In this document: one piece after another, positions 28,009 to 34,958 of the stretch
How the letters are laid out: the number at the start of each line of letters is the position of its first letter
How positions within the stretch are numbered: the first letter of the stretch is position 1
Assembly: GCA_022823665.1 (NCBI GenBank)
Contig: JAJEHN010000037.1
Location: 115,439 to 179,438 of the forward strand
DNA length: 64,000 bases
From: Thermoanaerobaculia bacterium
Lineage (GTDB): Bacteria; Acidobacteriota; Thermoanaerobaculia; Multivoradales; Multivoraceae
Direction of reading: 5' to 3'
Program-made: the position numbers and the translations under genes
The notes under the pieces: model-generated
Told to the model about the DNA's origin: nothing
The model's input: only the letters and a program-made list of their open reading frames with translations
The model's database searches: none

Positions 28009-29340
28009 CTAGTCGACGATGGCCTGGTACGTCAGGCTCTGAAGATCCTGGCGGATGTTCAGGTGCGTGTACGGCCGGACCTGGGTCATCAGGATGCCGA
28101 TCAGTTCCTCTTCGGGATCGACCCAGAACACGGTGCAGAAGGCGCCGCCCCAGGAGTACGACCCGACCGATGCCGGCATGGCCGAGGCGCCCTTGTCCGT
28201 CACCACGCTGTAGCCGAGGCCGAAGCCGTAGCCGGGACCGCGCAGCCAGAGGCCGTGGTCGCCGGTGTGGTTCGACGTCATCAGTTCGATCGTCTTGCGG
28301 CCCAGGATGCGGTTGCCGTCCAGCTCGCCGCCGTTCAGCATCATCTGGTGGAAGCGGTAGTAGTCGGCGGCGGTGGAGACCAGGCCGCCGGAGCCGCTGA
28401 AGTACTTGTGCGGTTCGCGCACGTGCCGGGCGTTCACGTCCGGGGCCTCGGTGAGGACGATCCTGCCGTCCTCGCCGGGCCGGTAGAGCGCTGCGAAGCG
28501 GCCGACCTTCGACTCGGGCAGGTAGAAGTAGGTGTCGACCATGCCCAGAGGCTCGAAGATGCGCTCCTTCAGGTACTCGTCGAGAGTCCGGCCGGACAGC
28601 ACCTCGACCATTCGCCCGACGACGTCGACGGAAGGGCCATACTGCCAGGCGTCGCCGGGGTGGAACTCGAGTGGCAGTTCGGCGAGGGCGGTGACGAAGT
28701 CGCCGACGGTCCACTCGGGATCACGATTCGTCCGCAGCTTCGTGTAGTCCGCGTTGAGCAACCCGCGATAGTTGTTCGCGAAACCGGCGGTGTGGGTCAG
28801 GATGTGCTGCACCGTGATCGGCCGCGCGGCCTGGACCAGCTTGTACGGCGCGCCCAGGTACTCGTCGGCGTCCGGCACCACGGCGACCTGCATCTCGGCG
28901 AACTCGGGCAGGTACTTCGCGATCGGATCGCGGAGCTGGAACCGGCCCTCTTCGTAAAGGGTCATCAGCGCCACGGAAGCGATCGGCTTGGTCATCGACG
29001 CGATCCGGAAGATCGTGTCCCGGGTCATGGGGGCGCCCTGCTCGGGCCAGCGTTCGCCCTGGGCCTCGAAGTGAACGACCTTGCCGCGGCGGGCGACCAG
29101 GCTGACGGCGCCGGCGATCTGCTTGCGGTCGATGTAGCCGGCCATCGTTTCGGACAGACGCTCCAGGCGCTCGCTCGACATGCCGGCGCTCTCGGGCTCG
29201 GCGATCGGTAGCGGAGCAGGCGCGGACTGGTCGGCGGCTGTAGCCGGCGGAGCGGCCGCCAGGGCGCCGGCGAGGAAGCCTCCGAGGAGGAACGCGGCGG
29301 CGGACAGCATCGGGACACGGTTGCGTTGGTCGAGGTTCAT
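28009..29340 (-). CDS. serine hydrolase, beta-lactamase family (class C/PBP-like), secreted
   Basis: Signal peptide. SMTKP (SxxK), YGP (YxN-like) and HTGD motifs. Forms an operon with apaH. Confidence 0.85.
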   Translation of the reverse strand: MNLDQRNRVPMLSAAAFLLGGFLAGALAAAPPATAADQSAPAPLPIAEPESAGMSSERLERLSETMAGYIDRKQIAGAVSLVARRGKVVHFEAQGERWPEQGAPMTRDTIFRIASMTKPIASVALMTLYEEGRFQLRDPIAKYLPEFAEMQVAVVPDADEYLGAPYKLVQAARPITVQHILTHTAGFANNYRGLLNADYTKLRTNRDPEWTVGDFVTALAELPLEFHPGDAWQYGPSVDVVGRMVEVLSGRTLDEYLKERIFEPLGMVDTYFYLPESKVGRFAALYRPGEDGRIVLTEAPDVNARHVREPHKYFSGSGGLVSTAADYYRFHQMMLNGGELDGNRILGRKTIELMTSNHTGDHGLWLRGPGYGFGLGYSVVTDKGASAMPASVGSYSWGGAFCTVFWVDPEEELIGILMTQVRPYTHLNIRQDLQSLTYQAIVD

Positions 29341-29387
29341 GGTGCGCCCTCCTGGGAGTGTGGCGGTGGTTTTCGGGGCTGAGCGGT

Positions 29388-32267
29388 TCAGCGTCTCGCC
29401 CGGGGCGTCAGCGTCGTCGTATGCCGTTCGCCGTCGCGCATGTAGACGACTTCGATCGGCTCGTCGATCTTCACGGCGTCGAGGGCGTACGTGTAGTCGT
29501 AGATGTTGGCGATTACCTGGCCGGCGAACTCGACGATCACGTCCCCGGCCTGAAGACCGGCTTCGGCGGCCGGGCCGCCCTCCATCACGCCGCCCAGCAG
29601 CAGGCCTTCCACTTCGCTGGCGTAGTCCGGGATGGTGCCGGTGTAGGCGCGCACGGTGTCGCGGCTGCCGCCCTGCTGGAGGGTCCGCTCGACCTTCGTG
29701 AACTCGAGCGGCTCGGCCTGGTTCGCGGCGCGGCGGGTCAGCAGGGCGGCGAAGCGGGCCACGCGCTCCAGGTCGTCGTAGTTGATCAGGTCCGCCGTGT
29801 CGGTCGGCCGGTGATAGTCCTCGTGGGAGCCGCTGAACAGGTTGACGGTCGGAACGCCGGCATTGTTGAAGCTCGAGGTGTCGGTCGGCAGGTACGGGTC
29901 GGTCTGCACGCCGAGATCGAAGCCCACCGGGACGTTGGCGGCTTCGACCAGACCGGTCCAGTCGGGACTCGAGCCGACCGCCTGGACGGTCAGGCGGTTG
30001 TCGCGGACCCGGCCGACCATGTCCAGGTTGACGTAGGCCGCGATCCGGTCGGCCGGTATGACGGCGTCGGCGACGAACTCCGCCGAGCCCAGCAGCCCCA
30101 GCTCCTCGCCGGACCAGAAGGCGAGCGCGACGTTCCGGTGGTGGCCCATCTCGCGCAACTGGCGCGCGGCGTCGAGCACCGCCGCGGTGCCCGAGGCGTT
30201 GTCGTCGGCGCCGAGGTGAATGGCTTCCTTCTCGTCCGGCCGCGCCAGCGAGTTGCCGCCGCGGCCCCGCCCGAGGTGGTCGTAGTGGGCGCCGACGACG
30301 ACCCAGGGCTTGGCGAGGCTCTCCGCCTTGCTGCCGGGCAGGACGGCGACCACGTTTCGCGCCGTGCTGCGCTCCCGCTCGATCGCCGTCGTCAAGGTGA
30401 CTCGCGTGTCGGGGATCGGGAAGCCCGCGATGTGCGGGTTGCCGTCGTCGAAGCTCTTCTGGATCTCCTCGAGATCACGGCCGGTACCGCTGAACAGCGC
30501 CTCCGCGACCTCGCCGTCCACACTGGCGGCGGCGACTCCGGATCCGGCCGCGGCGGTGTCGAAAGCCATCGGGATCGTCTCGCCGGCGTTCGGTGAGCGC
30601 GGTCCGGTCAGGACGAGGAGCCCCGCGGCGCCCGCCTCGCGAGCTGTCAGTGCCTTGTAGCGGAGGCCCGAGTAGCGGTTGAGGATCGCCCGCGCCTCGC
30701 CCTCGACATCCTCGGGGACGTAGCGGAGGACGACGGCGATCTTGCCGGCCACGTCGAGCGTCGCGTAGCTGTCGTAGCCGAAGTCCTGGGAATCCGGCAC
30801 CCTGATGCCGTAGCCGGCGAACACCGCCTCGCCTTCGACTTCGGTCGAGTCGGAGAAGCCGAGTGCCTGGACCTGCGTGCGGTCGCTGAACGCGGCGGCG
30901 CCGTCCCCGGTCTCGATGCGGATCGTCGAGCCCGTATCGCGGGCGCCGGAGGTGAACTCGAAGTCGAGCAGCAGGTCGTCCTCGCCGGGCAGCGGCTCGG
31001 CGCCGAGCGCGGCGAGCTGCTCGGCGAGGTAGGCGGCGGCCCGCTGCTCGCCAGCCGTGCCCGTCAGCCGGCCGCCGAACTCGGGCGAGGCGAGGGTGGT
31101 GACGTGGCTCTCGAGCGCGTCTCGGGGATCAGGCGGCGCGTCCCGCCGGCCGCCCGCGACGCGCGCGGGAGCGGCCGCCAGCGCGTCAAGTGCCGCCTCG
31201 TGGTTCCAGTCGGCGATGTAGAGCTGGCCGCCGTCGCCGCCGTGGCGGCTGGAGGTCCAGACCAGCCGGCGGCCGTCCGGCGACGGCACCGGCAGGCCGT
31301 CGAAGCGGTCGGTGGTCGTGACCCGGACCGGTTCCTTCGCGCCCTCCGTGTCGACGATGAAGACCTCGAAGTTCTCGAAGCCGAGCTTGTTCGAGGCGAA
31401 GAAGATGTAGTCGCCCGAGGGGTGCTGGTACGGCGCCCAGCTCATCGAGCCGAAGTCGGTCAACTGGCGCTGGTCGGAGCCGTCGGGGTTCATCGACCAG
31501 ACGTCGGCGACCAGGCCGTCCTCGCTGAAGCGCCGCCAGACGATGCGGGAACCGTCGGCGAAGAAGAAGGGGCCGCCGTCGTAGCCGGGCACGTTGGTGA
31601 GCCGGGTCTGTTCGCTGCCGTCGGCGCGCATGACGTAGATCTCGCCGAAGTAGGCGGGGTCGATCTCCAGCAGGTTCGCTTCGCGCTCGGAGAGTTCGCG
31701 GTTGAAGGCGTCGCGGGTTGAAGAGAAGACGATCCACTCGCCGTCCGGGGAGTAGGCGCCTTCCGCGTCGTAGCCGCGCGCGTTCGTCAGCCGGCGCGGC
31801 TCGCCTCCGGCCGTTGACACGGCGTAGATCTCCATCTCCGGGTCGTAGTCCCAGGCGTAGCGCCGTTCCCGGCCCGAGGCGCGGAAGTCGAGTTCCTGCT
31901 GCTGCAGTTCGGCCGAGCGCGGGTCGTGGTGGGTCGATCCGTACAGGATCGCCGAGCCGTCCGGGTGAATGAAGGCGCAGGTCGTCTTGCCGATGCCGGT
32001 CGACACCTCGCGGGTGTCGCCCGTGGCGAGATCGAGCAGGTAGATCTGGTAGAAGGGATTCTCCGGCCGCCGTTCGCTCTGGAACACGAGCTGGCCGCCG
32101 TCGGCCGAGAAGTAGCCCTCGCCGGAGCGCTTTCCCTCGTAGATCAGGCGTCGGGTTCGGTCCAGGAACGTGCTCTCGTCGAGTGCGTCGTTCGCGGCGG
32201 CGGGAGTCGGGAGCGCGGCGAGGACCGCGGCTGCCAGCGTGGCGGTCCCGGGGTGAAGTTTCGGCAC
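29388..32267 (-). CDS. multidomain secreted protease: TolB-like beta-propeller + M28 (aminopeptidase) domain + C-terminal PDZ
   Basis: GTG 32267 (VPKLHPGTATLAAAVLAALPTPAAA signal). Propeller repeats (SPDGEWIVFSS, ADGSRIVW, SPDGRRLVWTS). M28 motifs HYDHLG, DDNASG, GEELGLLGS. C-terminal GLQAGDVIVEFAG PDZ. Confidence 0.8.
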   Translation of the reverse strand: MPKLHPGTATLAAAVLAALPTPAAANDALDESTFLDRTRRLIYEGKRSGEGYFSADGGQLVFQSERRPENPFYQIYLLDLATGDTREVSTGIGKTTCAFIHPDGSAILYGSTHHDPRSAELQQQELDFRASGRERRYAWDYDPEMEIYAVSTAGGEPRRLTNARGYDAEGAYSPDGEWIVFSSTRDAFNRELSEREANLLEIDPAYFGEIYVMRADGSEQTRLTNVPGYDGGPFFFADGSRIVWRRFSEDGLVADVWSMNPDGSDQRQLTDFGSMSWAPYQHPSGDYIFFASNKLGFENFEVFIVDTEGAKEPVRVTTTDRFDGLPVPSPDGRRLVWTSSRHGGDGGQLYIADWNHEAALDALAAAPARVAGGRRDAPPDPRDALESHVTTLASPEFGGRLTGTAGEQRAAAYLAEQLAALGAEPLPGEDDLLLDFEFTSGARDTGSTIRIETGDGAAAFSDRTQVQALGFSDSTEVEGEAVFAGYGIRVPDSQDFGYDSYATLDVAGKIAVVLRYVPEDVEGEARAILNRYSGLRYKALTAREAGAAGLLVLTGPRSPNAGETIPMAFDTAAAGSGVAAASVDGEVAEALFSGTGRDLEEIQKSFDDGNPHIAGFPIPDTRVTLTTAIERERSTARNVVAVLPGSKAESLAKPWVVVGAHYDHLGRGRGGNSLARPDEKEAIHLGADDNASGTAAVLDAARQLREMGHHRNVALAFWSGEELGLLGSAEFVADAVIPADRIAAYVNLDMVGRVRDNRLTVQAVGSSPDWTGLVEAANVPVGFDLGVQTDPYLPTDTSSFNNAGVPTVNLFSGSHEDYHRPTDTADLINYDDLERVARFAALLTRRAANQAEPLEFTKVERTLQQGGSRDTVRAYTGTIPDYASEVEGLLLGGVMEGGPAAEAGLQAGDVIVEFAGQVIANIYDYTYALDAVKIDEPIEVVYMRDGERHTTTLTPRARR

Positions 32268-32427
32268 GGTGGTCTCTCTCGACAGTTCTCGACGAACCCG
32301 CAGGCGGCAGGCTGTGCGCTGGACGCGAAGTCGGGTGAGTGTATCGGTGCTCCCGGGCGTCGCGTTTGTGTCATGATTCACGGGCCAACCTGGCCGTCGC
32401 CCCGGGCGCCTCGTGGAGGCAAGTGAG

Positions 32428-32631
32428 ATGACGACAGCAAACGTGACGACCGCGGGCCCGCCGCAGACCGAGGACTGGATCGCGTGGCGCGGCCGCGTCG
32501 ATGAACGCCTGGAGCACATGGCGACGAAGGCCGACCTGGCGGACCTCAAGATCTGGATGCTGAAGACGATGATCACGACGATGATCGGCTTCGGCGCCCT
32601 GATCGTCGCCGCGATCAGGTTGCTGCCGTAG
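32428..32631 (+). CDS. small hypothetical membrane protein (67 aa, C-terminal TM helix)
   Basis: ATG 32428 with GGAGG 8 nt upstream. Amphipathic DWIAWRGRVDERLEHMATKADLADLKIWMLKTM followed by ITTMIGFGALIVAAIRLL. Confidence 0.35.
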   Translation: MTTANVTTAGPPQTEDWIAWRGRVDERLEHMATKADLADLKIWMLKTMITTMIGFGALIVAAIRLLP

Positions 32632-32671
32632 CGCCGCCTGGCTGCGGGGCCGGCTGCTACCCTGCCGCTCC

Positions 32672-32812
32672 ATGTGGGCCGGCCTGCCGATCTCGACCTG
32701 GGTGCTGCTTGCGGTGTCGGCCGGCGCGGGACCCGCCCTGGTCCTGTTGCGATGGTGGTCTGAGGGACGGCGTCGTCGTGGCCGCGGGCCGGGACGGAGT
32801 TCTGCTGCGTGA
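32672..32812 (+). CDS. micro-ORF (46 aa, one TM helix + Arg/Gly tail) translationally coupled to the Na+/solute symporter
   Basis: ATG 32672 (MWAGLPISTWVLLAVSAGAGPALVLL...). TGA stop overlaps the GTG start of the symporter (GTGA at 32809-32812). Below the ORF-track size cutoff. Confidence 0.35.
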   Translation: MWAGLPISTWVLLAVSAGAGPALVLLRWWSEGRRRRGRGPGRSSAA

Positions 32813-34290
32813 CGGCTAGCGCGCTCGTCCTCGTCCCCCTGGGGCTCTACATGCTGGTCCTGATCGGGCTCGGCCTGTGGGGCCGGCGCGAGGGAGGGAC
32901 CCTCGAGGGCTACTACGTGGCCGGCAAGAAGCTGCCCTCCTGGGTCATCGCCTTCAGTTCGAACGCCACCGGCGAGAGTGGCTGGCTGCTGCTCGGACTG
33001 ACCGGGATGGGCTACGCGGTGGGCTTCCACGCGCTCTGGGTCGTGTTCGGCGAAGTAATGGGCGTCGCGATCGCCTGGACCCTCGTGTCGCGGCCGTTCA
33101 AGGAGTACACCGACCGATACCGGGCGATCACCGTGCCCGACTACCTGGAAGAACGGTTCCGGGACCGCCGGCAACTCCTGCGGAAGCTGAGCATCGCGAT
33201 CATCCTGTCGATGGTCGCGGTCTACTGCTGCGCGCAACTCGTGGCGACGGGCAAGGCGTTCTCGTCCTTCCTGGGGTTCAGCTACGTCCACGGCGTGTTC
33301 CTGGGCGCGGGCGTCACGATCGTCTACACGGCGGTCGGCGGCTTCAAGGCGGTCGCCTACTCGGACCTGGTGCAGGGCCTGTTGATGGTGGGCGGGCTCG
33401 TCATGCTGCCGATCGTTGGCGTAGCGGCCGCCGGCGGCTGGCACGAAGTGATCGGGGCGCTCCAGGCGGCCGATCCCGACCTGTTGCGCGCGATGGGCAG
33501 CCACGGAGCGACCTGGGCCGGGGTGCTTTCGGCCGCGAGCTTCGCCGGGATCGGTTTGGCCTTTCTGGGCGTTCCGCAGCTCCTGACCCGGTTCATGTCC
33601 GCGGCGTCGGGCCGCGAACTCGTACGGGGCGGCCGGGTCGCGGTCGTGTGCATGGTGCTGTTCGACATCGGCGCCGTGTTCACCGGGATAGCCGGGCGGG
33701 CTCTGTTCCCCTTGCTGGACGACCCGGAAACCGTGATGCCGACGATGAGCGCGGAGCTGTTCCCAGCCCTGTTCACCGGCATCTTCCTGGTCATCGTCCT
33801 GGGCGCGATCATGTCGACCGTCGATTCCCTGCTGATTCTCGCCTCGTCGGCCGTCGTCAGGGACTTCGGCCAGAAGATCCTCGGCGCCGCCCGCGGAGGC
33901 GGCCGCCTGTCGCGCTACGGCCGCATCGCCACCGCCCTGGTGGGCGCGGTGGCGATCCCGTTCGCCCTGTACGAGCCGCCGCTGCTGTTCTGGTTCATGC
34001 TGTTTGCCTGGTCGGGGCTCGGAGGCGCCTTCGTACCGGTCGTTCTCTGCTCTCTCTTCTGGAAGCGGACGACGTTGCCGGGCGCGCTGGCCGGGATGGC
34101 GGCAGGATTCGCTGTGACGGTGACCTGGGTCGTGTTCTTCAAGGCGTCCTACTACGACCTGTACGAGCTGATCCCGGGGCTCATCGCCGGGACGGCGGCG
34201 ACGGTGATCGTCAGTCTGTGGACGAGTCCGCCCGAGGGCGCCGCGGCGGAGTTCGACGACGTTCACGCAGCGGTGCGCCGCGGCGCGTAG
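32809..34290 (+). CDS. sodium:solute symporter (SSS family, PutP-like)
   Basis: 13-TM topology. SSS hallmarks GESGWLLLG...G, YTAVGGFKAVAYSDLVQG. GTG start so that TM1 is retained. Confidence 0.85.
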   Translation: MTASALVLVPLGLYMLVLIGLGLWGRREGGTLEGYYVAGKKLPSWVIAFSSNATGESGWLLLGLTGMGYAVGFHALWVVFGEVMGVAIAWTLVSRPFKEYTDRYRAITVPDYLEERFRDRRQLLRKLSIAIILSMVAVYCCAQLVATGKAFSSFLGFSYVHGVFLGAGVTIVYTAVGGFKAVAYSDLVQGLLMVGGLVMLPIVGVAAAGGWHEVIGALQAADPDLLRAMGSHGATWAGVLSAASFAGIGLAFLGVPQLLTRFMSAASGRELVRGGRVAVVCMVLFDIGAVFTGIAGRALFPLLDDPETVMPTMSAELFPALFTGIFLVIVLGAIMSTVDSLLILASSAVVRDFGQKILGAARGGGRLSRYGRIATALVGAVAIPFALYEPPLLFWFMLFAWSGLGGAFVPVVLCSLFWKRTTLPGALAGMAAGFAVTVTWVVFFKASYYDLYELIPGLIAGTAATVIVSLWTSPPEGAAAEFDDVHAAVRRGA

Positions 34291-34314
34291 AACGGCCGCG
34301 TTGAGTGCGACGGG

Positions 34315-34593
34315 ATGATCCGGAGCTTCCGGTGCAAGGACACCGAGCGGCTTGCCGCTGGCTACCGGGTGCGCCGTTTCGCTAGCATCGAACGTGTGGC
34401 GCGGCGCAAGCTTGCTCAGTTGGATGCCGCGGCCACACTCGCGTTCCTTCAGGTCCCGCCCGGCAACCGGCTCGAGCCGTTGAAAGGCGACCGGCGTGGC
34501 TCGTACAGCATCCGGATCAACGATCAGTGGCGACTCTGCTTCCGCTTCACCGGCGGAGATGCGTACGATGCCGAGATCGTTGACTATCACTAG
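34315..34593 (+). CDS. higB: HigB toxin (RelE/ParE superfamily)
   Basis: Matches the HigB pattern ...LKGDRRGSYSIRINDQWRLCFRFTGGDAYDAEIVDYH. Confidence 0.8.
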   Translation: MIRSFRCKDTERLAAGYRVRRFASIERVARRKLAQLDAAATLAFLQVPPGNRLEPLKGDRRGSYSIRINDQWRLCFRFTGGDAYDAEIVDYH

Positions 34594-34613
34594 GTTGATT
34601 CGAGGAATCCCCC

Positions 34614-34907
34614 ATGACCCGACTTGATCCGGTCCATCCCGGCGAAGTGTTGAAGCACGACTTCATGGAACCCTTCGCCCTGTCGGCCGCGGCGTTAGCG
34701 AAGGCGATCGGCGTGACGCCGACGAGGGTCAGCGAGATTATTCGGGGGCGGCGCGGAATCACGGCAGAGACGGCGCTGCGCCTGGCCAGGTTCTTCAACA
34801 CCGACGCCCGGAGTTGGATGAACCTCCAGCACCGCTACGAACTTGAAGTTGCGGCGCGGGACAACGCCGACGCCTTGCGCGCCATTCGTCCGCTCGAAGT
34901 GGCTTGA
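34614..34907 (+). CDS. higA: HigA antitoxin (XRE-family HTH)
   Basis: HPGEVLKHDFMEPFALSAAALAKAIGVTPTRVSEIIRGRRGITAETALRLARFF is the canonical HigA HTH. Sits 20 bp after higB. Confidence 0.8.
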   Translation: MTRLDPVHPGEVLKHDFMEPFALSAAALAKAIGVTPTRVSEIIRGRRGITAETALRLARFFNTDARSWMNLQHRYELEVAARDNADALRAIRPLEVA

Positions 34908-34958
34908 AGGAGTAGGTCCTCGGCCGTTGCTGCTGGCGCCAGGACCGTGACCTGCTCT

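Noticed and set aside
27998-28714. Upstream extension of the ApaH ORF to a 508-aa protein.
   Set aside because: It overlaps the serine hydrolase gene in another frame. ApaH homology starts at GTG 27997.
34908-34958. Search for tRNA, integrase or flanking direct repeats at the defence-island borders (also 47108..47232).
   Set aside because: The intergenic segments are too short or not cloverleaf-like. No integrase or transposase ORF anywhere in the window, so mobility is not supported by sequence.
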